The notes beneath the pieces are model-generated. The model was not told where the DNA came from, searched no databases, and saw only the letters and a program-made list of their open reading frames with translations. From Eledone cirrhosa (Eukaryota): a DNA stretch of 64,000 nucleotides. Every line of letters starts with the position of its first letter. The stretch's first letter is position 1. Below are positions 38,501-51,396 of the stretch, piece after piece. The translations under genes were made by a program, and so were the position numbers. The stretch covers positions 362,266,001 through 362,330,000 of the forward strand of contig OZ024743.1 of the NCBI GenBank assembly GCA_964016885.1. Direction: 5' to 3'.

Positions 38501-39343
38501 GGCCAGCTGTCTAAAGGCACCACCTTTGCTAGTGCCCAATATCGAAGCCCACCAACTTAACGTCCGGGTGCCGGAAGATCGACCTTACCTCGAGATCCAG
38601 TCCTTTCCTAAACAGCACTGCCACCCCACCTCATTCCCGGCCTACTAACAGATGCGAAGATCTCATAGTCGTCGAAAATGGGAGCTAGTGCGCGCGTGTC
38701 GGAAATTCTGGTCTCGCACGGCAATCACATCCATTTCCAGCGACCTGAGGTCTTTGAGCAGGCGACCCGGCTTCCAGGGTGACTCCATGCCGCGAACATT
38801 TAAACTTCCTACTCTTAATATGGCCATGTTGGCAAAATAAAAGAGAGAGGGAAGGTTTACCTACCTTCCGGGGTTTTGTGAAGGTCGGGTGGTTCGACCT
38901 CCATGGTTGGTGGGGTTTCTTTTGGGAACCCCTTTAAAACTCTCGATGTGGGTTTCACATTCGGGGTTCACACGTCTTGAGGAAAGCTCTCCCGAATTTC
39001 TTTGAAGGAATCGAGTGACATTCGGACCAGAAGCAAATCTTCTGGCACGCAAAATGTGCTCATTTCAAAGATCTCCCCCTCTGTTTGAATGTCTTCGCTT
39101 CGTGCTAAGAGGCCCATTAGTTTATCGTTGGCCCTTCTGACAAACACGAAATTTTAACATTTTGTTGGTGTGGTTTTATTTGTTTTCGTTTTGGTGATTG
39201 TGGTGGTGATGGTTTCGGTGGTGTTGTTTCGGGTATGTCTGTGTTTGTTGTACGTATGGTGTCTGCAATTTCAGGTATTTGTGGGTTTATTTGTACTTGT
39301 GTTTGTTTAGTTTGTTTGCGTTTCGGGGATTGTGGGGGTGGTG
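35556..39343 (-). mobile_element. Tx1-like LINE copy E (5'-truncated in ORF1, degenerate ORF2)
   Basis: APE (YAPTG, GDWN), GYWKLN, KSPGLDG, FSPITLLN, AYADD and C-terminal fragments; 3' end CTTGTGGCCAATAAATGAAATCATT. Confidence 0.85.
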
Positions 39344-42300
39344 ATAATAATAATAATGGTTTCTTTATTGGCCACAAGGGCTAACACGATGAAAAACATT
39401 AAAGACGACACAGAACAGTACAGGACGATACAAAGTGGGTTTTGGTCGTGTAAACAGGTTATAACAAGATTGGACTAGAAATCAAAAAAAAACAAAAATT
39501 CATCAAAAAGGGGGAAACCTCCGAGGGTCACTCGTGGCGAAAACCACACAAAATGACCACGGCCGCCCTGACCACCAGGGCAAGCGCCCTCTCTCAGTTT
39601 TCCCACTCCTCAGTCTACAGGCGTCTACTCAGAGCGGGCCCGTTCACTCGGACCAAACTCGCCACTTTCACCCACCTTTCAACAACTTACTAGAAGACAG
39701 CACTTGTCTCTCCACCCTGATGATTTTCCTCTTCAAATGAAACTTTAAAAAGTTAATCAGATGAAAACTGCCTGCCCTTCCTCCTCTTTAAAGGAGGATG
39801 GCGGGGCTATCTCACAATGGACTTAGTCGATAACCGGATCCGTCCTACACGCGACAGCAGCTGTTCGACATAGCTCCACAAGTCAGCAATCATCGGGCAC
39901 TGAACGAGTGCGTGCAGGACGGTTTCGTCGCCCTGCGTGCATCTCGGACAGGCTCTTCTGACAGCACTCCCGTGCCTGTAGAGCTTATCCCGGGATTTCT
40001 GGAAGTTGTCCATAGGCCCCGGTCTGAATGTTCTCTTGAAGAGAGCGAACATCTGATCGTCTTCGACGCCCAGGGTCTCCCCGAGAACGTCGTCGCTCTT
40101 ACCCTCCACTAGCCCTCTATAGAACGCCAAGGTGGATGTTCCACTCGATAATAGTGCCCTGCTGGTAGAGGGCGGTGAGCGCTTGGAGATATTCCAGCTT
40201 CCAAACGCTATCCCTCGGTCTCTTCCTGATCCAGGACTGCAGCTCCGTCAAGGAGACGAGCTGGGGAAAACCGCGTCTGGCAAACAGTGACTACACCTGT
40301 TCACCGTCAAGGAAGAGCCAGAGATGTCGCAGCCTCAGCGCATGTTTGCGCACCATCAGCCACGGCATGCCTACTCCTCCACGCACGGGTGTTGACAGCA
40401 AATGGATCGTCTGACCATGGAAGCACGTCCCTTCCACAAAAAGCGGAAGAGAAGGCGCTCCATTTTGGTCAGACTTGGGCGGGGGCAATGTACGACGGTC
40501 AGGCGGTAGCAGATGACGGACGCTATGTACGCATTCGCCACCTCCGCCCGACTTTTCAGAAACAGCCTACTCGCGGCCTATTTCTAGGTGAGAGAGGACC
40601 ACCCTGCTCGTCACCTAGCTCCAGTTTTTCTCCATCTAGAGGTCCGGACCGAACCAGACCCCGAGAAATTTAACCGGTATTTCCGTCCAGCGCCCCACGA
40701 CGCTGTCGGACGGCATGGACTTGTCTCTCTAGGTGCCGAGTTGCAAGCCCACCGACTTTTCCTGGTTTATCTTTGCTCCTGTCACCGCTTCGTATTCCTT
40801 GAGAGTGGTGCCGAGTATCTGGACGTGTTTGGTGCTCGACAACACCACGGTGACGTCGTTGGCGTAGGCTGACACGGATCTCCCGCATCCCAGTTCGCGT
40901 GGGACCCTCATCGTCTCCAATTTGTCCAGTAACGGCTCGAGGGCCATTACCGATGGTAGACCCTATCAAATGCTTTAGATTGATCCAAGTTGATCAGGGC
41001 CCCACCCGTGCCAGGTTCCTTAACTACCCTCTCTATGATGTATCGCATGAGATTGAGGTTGTCGTGGATGGATCTGTTCGGAATGGCGCATATCTGCACC
41101 TCTCCCACCGGATCACCGACGACAAGCGCCAATCTCTTTGCTAATACCTTGGGCAAAATCTTAAACTCTGCGTTTAGCAGAGTTATGGGCCTGAAGTTGT
41201 CTATAACGTCCCTCTTGTTCGGGTCTTTTCTCAGCAACGCCACCGCTCCCGGCTCATAAAACTGGGAATGCTCCCGTTCTGCTTCCAATTGCAGTAGACA
41301 TCTGCCAAGAGGTCGCCTAACAAGTCTGGCATATACGCATAAAGCTCGTAGGCCAGACCATCCAAACCTCGCGATTTACCCCTCGTGCAGTCAGACATCG
41401 CTTCCGGTATTTCACCTGCTGTTATCGGCTTTTCGCAGCACTGCGCTGCGGTCGTCGATAGCCGCGGCAGTCCGTCGAGGTATGCACCGACGTCCATACT
41501 CCGGTCCGGCCCGCCGCCGCTCCCGAACAATTGAGCAAAGTTCTGTTGAAAAGCTGCACACATCTGCTCGGGTTCGAGCAACATGCACCCGCTGTGGTCA
41601 GGAAAAGACCGAATTGTGGACTTGTTGCCACGCCGCGCGTCCACCACCCGGGCCCATTGAACGACTTTCGTCCCCTTGTGTCTTAGAGCAAGCGCTCTAG
41701 CTCTGACAACGCAGCCTTCATGCTTTGCGTTGAAGAATTTGTCGAGTGCCAATCTCGCCGCAAGCACGTCGGTTACTATGCCTGTCCTAAACGCCTCTTC
41801 TAGCTTTCTAACTAGCTCTCCCTCTACTCTATTTTCCTCTATCACTACTCCTTTTCTAAACCTTATCGATTCTACTCTAATAGCCCTTTTCAGGGTAAAC
41901 CACCACCTGTTGTTGACGATCGCATCCGTCAATGCACGCTTAACTAATTCGCTAATCCGGTCTCTGTAAGCTTTGCGCGCCAGGAACGATGCGTTCAGCT
42001 TCCAGTACCCGGGCCCTTGCCTATTGAGTCTATCTAAGTCAACTTCACAGATCAAAAATTTGTGGTCTGTGTAGTCGACTACTTGAAATTGTAGACAACC
42101 CACACTAGCCTTATCTGTATACCTACAGAATACCCTATCTAAATATAATCTGGATAACCCGATGCGGTTTGCCCATGTCCACATTGGCACATTCGGATAA
42201 TCCAGTCTATAACTGTCAGACAGTTCAAATAGTCTGGGAAGTTTGTTGAGACTTTTACACCCTCCTGCCCTGTCTACTAGCCCCACATAATCCCAGCATG

Positions 42301-44184
42301 CATCTAAGATACCGTTCCAGTCGCCCACTAACACTAAAGAGCGGGACGTTCCAAGAAAGGTAATTTTTTTTAATTAGTTTTCTCAGTGTTGTTGTCTTTG
42401 TTCACGTTGTTTGTGGTGCTGCTTGTTGTATGAATTTCACTAACTCTCCTCTCAACTTATAATCCGTTGTCACACGACAGCAGACATCTTGCTGGGGAGG
42501 CGTGGATCAGCCATGTTTTTTTTTTTTTTTTTTTTCAAAAGTAAAATGTTCAAATATTGTTCAAACCCAAGAAAGGTCTCTAGAAAGGTCTTTAGCTTGA
42601 AAGCATTGCCTTGGCTGCCAGTCACGTCCAGCACCACCGACTTACCTTTTGGGTCCAGGAAGATGGCCCGTATGGCGAGATCCAAGCCTCTCCGAAAAAG
42701 CACGGCAACCCCTCCCCCCGATCCTGGACGGCTTGGAGATGCGTATACATCGTAGCCGCCGAAGATCGGTGCGAAGGCTCGTGCTGTGGAGATTCTGGTT
42801 TCGCTGATGGCCACCACATTTATGTTTAGTGACCTGAGGTCGTTGATCAGGTGACTCTGCTTCCAAGATGACCCCAGGTCACGTACATTTATACTGCCTA
42901 CTCTAAGTACGGCCATGTTGGATGAGAAACGGCGTAAGTTAGAAAGGATCACTTACCTTGATCGTGTGGTGAAGGGACAGTAGAAGCGCCCCTTTGGCTG
43001 GTCATGAGTGTTTCCAAGAGGATGTCTGTGAATATCCTCTTGGTAACCGACCCTCTGAATTATCCAACTGCGTTGGGGAATTTTTGTTTTAAAAGTTTGT
43101 AATGTTCTATTTTGATTTCAATGATGTTTATGTTTGTCGCGAGAGTTCTTGGTGTTGGTGGGGTGTAGTAGTTTTTTTTCTGTGATTTTCTGCTTTATAT
43201 GTTGTAAGAGTTCTTTATTTGCCATGTTTATGGCTGTGTACTTTTTGGGGGTAGGGGTGATTTTGTTGCTGTTTTCTTGTTACTGTTGGGTGTGTGTGTT
43301 TTGTTGTGTTTGCGATGTTGGTGTTTTTTGGTGACGCTGGTGGTGGTGTGGTTGTTGTTGTTGGTGATGCTTGTGGTGGTGATGGTGATGGTGGTGGTGT
43401 TGCTGCAAGTCTCCTTGCAGCCTTTACCCCTCTTCGTTTGCCTTCGCTTTTGGAGGGTGAAGCTAAGGGGTTTTTGTTTTTTTGTTTTTTGTGGCAGACC
43501 TTTTTCCACTTCCCTCCCACCTCATACTCCATATCGGATTCCGTGGCGTCTGGGAGGGGTATGAGCTCCACCGCTGTTGGTGGTGGTAGTGGAGCCCACT
43601 CCGGCGATTTTGCCGCCCGTGTAGCTACTGCGACTGCTGATGATGCCGCCACTGCTGTCGCTATTTTAGTTCTTAGTAGCCTTGGTATGGGTGCCACGGA
43701 CGTTTCTCTCCTATTCAATATCGAAGGGTATTCTGCCTCTGTTGCCTGCCCTGCTCTTTGTAGCAGCGGATCCGGCGTCGGAAGGAGAGGGGGGCCTTCT
43801 TCTTGGCTGTCTTCTGCGAGCAGAAGGCCCTGAGGTGACCCTACTGCCCACAGAGATAGCAATATGGGCGCCTTCACTCCACGCTTATAGGGAGCTGGAG
43901 TCCTTCTTCGAGGTCTAAGATACCTGGGATGTCCTCGATGCACTCCTGGGTAGTCTGTATTAGCATTTGCATGCCTCTTCCTGACCAGTTCTCTCTTCCC
44001 ATTCTCTGTATTTGCAATATGGTGGACTTCTCCTCGATTCCAGCCATATTATACTTTCCCCTTCACAGGGCAAAGTCCAAGGGCTTATATCCCTTACACA
44101 ACAAGAAAATTTAACAACAAATAATTATAACAGGTAAATAAAGCGACTTACTGGGAGCGAGCAAAAAAGACGTCCAAACCGACC
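39344..44184 (-). mobile_element. Tx1-like LINE copy F with (ATT)n tail, degenerate
   Basis: ORF1 remnant 42955-44110; APE from ATG at 42916; 367-aa ORF 41231-42334; DQSKAFDR; AYAND; CPRCTQGDETVLHALVQC. Confidence 0.85.
42362..42566. other. 205-bp insertion in copy F endonuclease, flanked by an 11-bp direct repeat
   Basis: CCAAGAAAGGT at 42351-42361 and 42567-42577. Confidence 0.7.
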
Positions 44185-44681
44185 AATAATAATAATAATA
44201 ATAATTGTGTCCTTTATTGGCCACAATGACCGACAAATGGGGGAGAATACAATAGTCGGGGACAGTGGGGGTTTTACACAAAAATTGAGTAAACAATATA
44301 TATAACAATATAACAATAAACAAGAAAAATACAACAATGAAATTCCCCAATAAGGGAATGGCGCCCCTCTTCTCAAATTAACCAGCCTACAGGTGCATGC
44401 TCAGAGTAGGCTCATTCACACGGGGCATTCTCGTCACATTCACCCACCTTTTAGAAAATGTACTAGGGGGCAGCACTTCTCTCTCCACTCTCACCTTCTT
44501 TCCAAGTTAAATTTGAAAAAGTTGATGAGGAATTGGCCAAAGACAAAAGTGTCTGTCTTCAGTCCTTTCAACATGGTCCACCACACAATCTCTTTTACTA
44601 CAGCCACCAGACAGAGGAAAACTGCCTGCCCTTCCCGACCAAAAGAATGCGGTGGGATGATCTTTACTATGGACTAGGTCG
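44185..44681 (-). mobile_element. Tx1-like LINE copy G, 3' fragment with (ATT)n tail
   Basis: Homologous to the ORF2 C-terminus of the other copies; ends TTGTGGCCAATAAAGGACACAATTATTATT. Confidence 0.8.
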
Positions 44682-45779
44682 ATATATATATATCAGTTGC
44701 TTAACGCCGATGAAAAAATGAAACCACAGGGATAAACACCAGCGTGCTGAACCTGACAGATTGGGAGAAACTTTAACTTATCTTATAATATATATATTGT
44801 CTCCACCATTGCTGATGTTTCTTGTCGCTACATAATTTCATCTGGGACTTCAGGTATTAAAATATCAAAATATTTCTTCAATACATTTACATTCACGGCA
44901 TGTTGATCTCTCGAATATTTGATCGGACTTTAAAAACATGCGGACATTTTGAGCGCTAATTTATTGCAGTATTCAGTCGTATCTTTTTAAGGGGAAGATC
45001 ATTTGGCATTATGACCGTATATTGATATAGCTCTCTAATGTATATAACACGACATATCGTTTCCGTCATTGCCCTGGGATAGAATCTGGATTCTTTCAAC
45101 TTCTCTCGGTATCTCCTCTATTACACTGAGCCTAACCTCTTGTATTAGCATTGCATAACTTCGAGTTACGCCGTTAGTTTAACTCTATGCGATGCCCTAA
45201 CGTTGGAACTAACATTATGAAACTGTTAGTTTAACAATATGTGGTGACCATGATTGCAGACATGACTAAATACCTAAGAAATCCTCTTTGCAATCATAAG
45301 ACCTTGGATTCGATATCACTGCATGAGATCGTTGAAAGTGTCTTTACCATACTGCCGTGTTGATCCAAGTCTTGAGAGTGAAATGAGGTGGACGCAAACT
45401 GTATGAAAGTTCATCGAATGGAGGAAGATTAGCAGGTAGTTTGTGGACATCTGGTATTGTTGATAGGCAAAGATGTTTATTCATATATTTTCTAGGCTGA
45501 AATGTCGCAGACTCGACTAAAAATACTTATATGCATACTCAGAAAGAATACTCAATCATCACTAGCTCAATCATATGATTCCAGACAGTGTGCAAGAACA
45601 CTCTGGCGTGCAAAACCCATCGGACACAACGGAAAAAGTGTTACTCCGAAAATTAACGAGAGAGGCGCATTAAAATAGCCATTCCAGCTCATGAGTTCAA
45701 CACCACCCCCAATAGCTTTGAGTTGGGAAATGGTATAGCGACCAAGAATGCCGGAAGTAGCTACTGCTAGAGGTTAAAC

Positions 45780-46680
45780 AATAGACCTATCGGAAAGCGG
45801 TTGTTACTTTAACAGCTTGCAATCTTGAGCATGGGTCTATCACTGAATGCACCAGTTGCCTCTGTGGCGCTACAAGTTACATCCCAGATGAGGAGTTCAG
45901 CACCACGGAACAGGAAGATCCTGAAAGGTTCTGGCTTTCTGCAGCCTTCTCGGTTCAACTCCACCGACAAGAGCTGCGAAAGTAAGCCAACAGAATCGAT
46001 GCCATGCTTAATGATCTTGTTGAGAGTGGCATGGAGTGGGAGGCAACCGGCACCCAGACGGTAAACATCCACCGCAGATCCACAGCAGTATTTGTGTTGC
46101 TCATAAATCCGGTTGGAGAAACTCGGAAAGAGACTAATGTGCAGGCAGTCGCTCTCCAGCTGAGTACCGGTTGATAGCAATGAGTCGGCGTGGATTGCGT
46201 CACATTTACGTTTGGAAGACTGGATGTCCTCAGAGAGGTGAGGAGATTGGACGTCCACAGAGTCACGTAGGCCACTTCGAGTTCCCTGATCACTGTAGGC
46301 TCCGATGTGTTGTGGTCAACTTTCTGGGTGAGCGCTCGACAATAGCTTGCCGACGAAGGAAATGTCGTCAATGGCAATAAGACTGGAAACCAGTGACCAA
46401 CGTCACTGTATCTGATAGAAAAGTTAGCCTGTTTCCATGCAGTGTCATTAGATTAAGCATTGCATATCTCCTTCGCACCGGGCTGGATGCAGGCATCGAG
46501 GTCTGTGTGAAGCGATGCATGGCTATAGTACGGTAGGTATACAAATCCTTCGGCATGGCGAAGCAGTTCCTCAACAGGAAGAGAGCCATATATAGGTCAA
46601 GCAAGTTCAGTCGGCTCATAAGTGTTTTCAGCTGGCTAAGAGTCGATTGGATGACAGGCGGGATAAGCCTAATCATTTTC
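45780..46680 (-). pseudogene. CRE-like RLE non-LTR retrotransposon remnant
   Basis: ALFLLRNCFAMPK.LY..RT, CCGSAVD, H..LN.II, R.G.RKP and LIWDVTC match the CRE-clade C-terminal layout. Confidence 0.65.
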
Positions 46681-46819
46681 TGGGATTGATTCAGGCTTTA
46701 GATTTGAATAAGCATCACTTAATCGTTATCATGCTTTTCATTTTCGTCCTGTTTCTGTTGTTATTGATGACGATGCTACTATTGTTGTTATTTTGTATAT
46801 TAAAACTGGTGTGGAGATG

Positions 46820-46820
46820 G

Positions 46821-46902
<82 letters not shown>

Positions 46903-46912
46903 TGTGTGTGTT

Positions 46913-46943
<31 letters not shown>

Positions 46944-46946
46944 GTT
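46820..46946. repeat. (TG)n microsatellite
   Basis: Visible run. Confidence 0.9.
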
Positions 46947-47885
46947 TGAGCGAGAGAATGATTGGTTGTCGTTATGCTCTTGCTGGTGTCGTTTTTGTTA
47001 CACTTGTTATGTAGTTACAGCTACTGTTGCTGTTCTTCATGTTTTTGATGTTGTTATTATTAGTTTTGCTATTGTCGTTTCTCTAATTGGTGTTGCTGCT
47101 ATTGCTATCACTCCTATGGATTCCTTTCTTATTGTTACAGCTGTTGCTGTCGCAGTAGTTTTTATTGTTACTGCTATTCATGTTGCGGATATTGGTGTTG
47201 TTGTTGTAGTTTGATTTGTACAATAGAAATTATAAGAGCCGACTGTCAGATATGACAAAGGAAAACCTATTCGTCTTTCCATTGCTGATAATCACTGGTG
47301 GTCACAACTGGCAGAAGGAACAACGTGAAATATAATACCTTGCCCAAAAGCGCAACCCACCACCCGTTCTATGAATTGAACCTATGATCTTGTAATTGCA
47401 ATTCCAACACCTAACCTTTCGGCCATGTGTCTTCACAATAGAAATGGTTTACGTTAATATCCGACATCTGATTTAACGTAAAGGTTTTGTCTTTCTTATG
47501 GTTTACTCACTGAAACAAAATGGAGGTGGTGGTAGTGATGAAGTTGATAACAAATTCACCGAGTTTCGAGGATGAGCATTCTGTCGGTCGATCAGCGGAA
47601 CGTCAAAATATTGAATTAACTTGTAAGTGCTATTGCATAAACACGTGTATCCTTAGCGTAATTCCCATGCTAACGCAATATGTGACACAAAAAACTTTTC
47701 AGTTACCATCCATTGGACCCAATTTCACTTATAAGGCTTTTGTTGACCCGAGATTTTATAAAGATTCTTGCCTAAGATACCATACATTGAGATCGAATTC
47801 AAGACCTCATGATTCCGAAACGAACGTCGTAAAGTCCTAACCGTTCAGCCAATGGTGTGTGTATGTGTGTATATATGTACATATA

Positions 47886-47917
<32 letters not shown>

Positions 47918-47920
<3 letters not shown>

Positions 47921-50900
47921 ACAAAGGAAAAAAAGTAGAAAATGCTAAAGGGATTTTCTCTCGGAATAACATCAAAACATTTATTGTACCGGTTTCAGCC
48001 TTACCAACAGTGGTGGTAGCAGTTTAAGAAGTTGGCTTCGACTGTAGTTGTAGTAGTGGGGGAGAAGGAGAAGACGGAGAAGAAGAAGTAGAAGAAGGGG
48101 AAGAAGTGGGGGAGAGAGGAGAAGAAGAAGACGGGGGAGAAGACGACGAAGAAGAGGGAGGACAGGAGATAGGTGTGGTAGTAATACCAGGGCTATGGTA
48201 AGGACGAGGAAGACGGAGAAGGAGTGGGTGAAGCAGAAGGAGACGACGGGGAGCTGTAGTAGTAATAGTATCACTGTTGATAATGGTAAAGGGAGCTGTC
48301 CATGGGATTGGCTTAAAAGGTTGTTGACCTTAGAGTTGACTGAGGAAGTAATTGTTTCTAAAAATATCTATCTCGGTATTTCTCTTTGTAATGCTGGCAT
48401 TCTTAAATTGAGCTGCAGTGTGGATGTTTCTAAGAGATCTTCTTTAATTTGTCCAATGTGCTAATTTTAAAATTTCGTCCGAAGAGAATGCATTTAGAAA
48501 GGGTTCGTATTTAGCGATAAAGTGTGATTCCTTGTTAATGCGCTGGATGTAGGAAGCGTTGTCTTTAAATTTGTAGAGGGGAACATTTCTGAAGTTGGGT
48601 TGTTCATTAGAGGCGCAGATGGCAATGTGTTCACTCAGTGCTATTTTTCTCTATTCCCGTTTTTTAATTTGGGATCTATGAACGGTCATACGTTGACGAA
48701 GACTGTTTTTAGTCTTTCCTATGTAGTGCTCTAGACAGCCTGAGCAAGTCAACACATCAGGTTTTCCGATGCGCATATGAAATTGTATTTAACTGTAAAG
48801 CGTTGCCCTTCTTTGAAGTAGAACTTCAATCCCTCTATTAGGTTGACACATATACCACAGTTGGACCTTCCACATTTTTTTACTGTTGGTTTCATTGTTA
48901 AGCTCGAATGGACTTTGGCCTGTGTAAGAACGTTTTTCATTGATTAGGGTTGTCTTGTGCTCTTTATAATGTTGTGCGTTTGAAGGATTTGATTCATTCT
49001 TAGATCTCTTTTTAGTAAACGGATGTGCTGGGGGATGGTGTCGAAGGCCTCATTGTTAAGGGGATTGTGTGAGGAGATGTATGGTAGAGCTTTCAGTTTC
49101 GATTGATTCTTTAGTTCGGGTGTATAAGTTCCTGGGTACTGAGTTTTAGGGCACGTTGGAATCCATTGTTAATTAGGGATGGTGGGTATTTTCTGCTAAT
49201 GGGTGTGTCCTTTAATTATTCTAGTCGTATGTAACAGGTATGTCTATCAGATACTATTGTGCAGATCCTTTTGGCTAGGTTGTAAGGGATGTTTATTTTG
49301 GTGTGTCTCGGGTGGCATGAGTTGAATGGAAGATACTGTTTGAAATCTGTGGGCTTATATTATATGTCTGTTTCTATTTTTTTGTTAGTTTTCTTTATAA
49401 AGATGTCGAGGAAAGGAAGTTGCTCATGGCTGTATTCCATTGTAAATTGAATGTTTGTGTTAGGTCCATTTAGAGGTGCTTTAAATTCAATAAGTCTTTC
49501 CAAGCTTTCATTCCAGGGGATGAAACAATCATCGAGATATCTCTTCCAGTTATTTTCTATGTGGAGGTAGAAGGAGTTTCCATATTTATCTAGTACTTTT
49601 AGGTAGACGGTGATTTCCAGGTATCCCATAACAAGGTTGGCATAAGAGGGGGCTGTTTTCGTGCCCATGGCAGCCCCATTGAATTCGAAGTAGTTATTCT
49701 CCAAGATAAATTTGAGCCTTTCTATTACGAATTCTTTTATGATGCAGTGTGGGAGTTCATTGGGGTAATTTTCTAACCAGAATTGGATTGCCTCTATTCA
49801 TAGAATGTGTGGAATATTGGAATATAGGTTGACTACATCAAAAGACATTTGTAGGGTATGTTCATTATTAAGTGTTTTGGAGAGGTGGTTGAGTATATCA
49901 AGGTCGTCCCTTATGTAGCTTTTAATGTGTTTCGGGAATGGTTTTAACAGAAATTCAAAAGGTTGCTGTGGTGGTGGGTTTCGCAATTATAGGCCTCAAT
50001 TTGAGGTCATTGGATGATGGACATTGATGAATATATCTGTGGCTTCTTTGAATGCCTTACTTATTTCTTCGCGTTTTTGTATCTTAGGGATACCGTAGAA
50101 AAGGCTGGATTTGCTTTTGAAGTCAGTGATATAGTTGTATTCCTTGTCGGCAAGTCCTTCTCTGTAAAGGGTTATCAGAATTTTTAGATTTCTCATTATT
50201 TTCTGTTGACTGTAGTGTTGAGCCTTTTCGTAGTATGCTTCGTCTTCTAAAGTGGAAAGTACTAGGGTAGTATAATATTTTGTCTCCATTAGGACTACCG
50301 CACTCCCTTTATCCTCCTCTTTGATTGTTATTATTTTATCATTCTTTAATCTGTTCAGTTCATCCCATTCTTTCTTGCTGAGGTTTGGCCTGTGTTTTTG
50401 TCTGTGTAGGTGTTGATATGGGTAATTTGTAATGTGTTCACAGAATTGGTCGAAAAATTTGTTCTTACCTTTTGATGGGGTGTAGTTGCTTCTATTTCTA
50501 GCTAGTGAATCGTCCTCATTGTACTTGTCATGTAGTTCCTCGCTAAGTCTTAATTTTCAAGAGAATTCTGCAATGTCTTCCTTCATTTCGGAGAAGTTTG
50601 GACGTTTGGGAGGGGGTGGGGGGGTAAATTTCAGCCCTTTGAAAAGTATGTTAATTTGGTCTGTTTTTAGTTCTTTAGTGTCTAAATTTATGACTTTTAA
50701 TACTTTTGGTCTCTCCTGTATGTTTTGTGTCATCTTGTTTCCCTGTGTTTGTGTACTGGGTCTAAAAAATGGTTAAGGTAGTTGTGTCGATTGTTGATGC
50801 TGGGTTGTCTCTTGTGGTTGTGTTGTTCCCTGCTGCTGTTATTGAAGGTTCGGGTTCGTGTTTGTGGGTTGATTAGGGCGTCCCTATATATAGTGTGTGG

Positions 50901-51300
50901 TTGTGTGTCCTTATATATCTCCTTCTTCTCATTCCCATTCTACCCCCACTACTACCACTACAGTCGAAGCCAACTTCTTAAACTGCTACCACCACTGTTG
51001 GTAAGGCTAAGGTAAACAGTAAGAGAGAAAGAAAGAAAACTATGGACAAAAAATGTGAACTTTTTTCCCTGAATATGTATGTAGAAACTAATTTGTTCTC
51101 CATATTGTTATTATTCTTATTAATATGCAATTTAATTACATTATACACTTCCGTCGTTGAAAAGGCATATAAGCTGAAACCGGTACAATTAAATGCGAAA
51201 ATCCTTATTTTGTAAATAAATGTTTTGATGTTATTCTGAGAGAAAATCACTTTAGCATTTTCTACTGTTTTTTTTTTTGTCCCTTTTTTTACTATTTTTT
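47918..51300 (-). mobile_element. Penelope-like element (RT plus GIY-YIG, Neptune-like Cys linker), degenerate, with inverted pseudo-LTRs
   Basis: SFDVVNLYSNIPH, GAAMGTKTAPSYAN, RYLDDCF, CGRSNCGIC and LTCSGCLEHYIGKTKNSLRQRMTVH; 47918-48065 is an inverted, internally deleted copy of 50935-51300; TA runs on both flanks. Confidence 0.85.
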
Positions 51301-51338
51301 TAATATATATATCACCTTATGTGTCACTTCTCGATATT

Positions 51339-51396
<58 letters not shown>

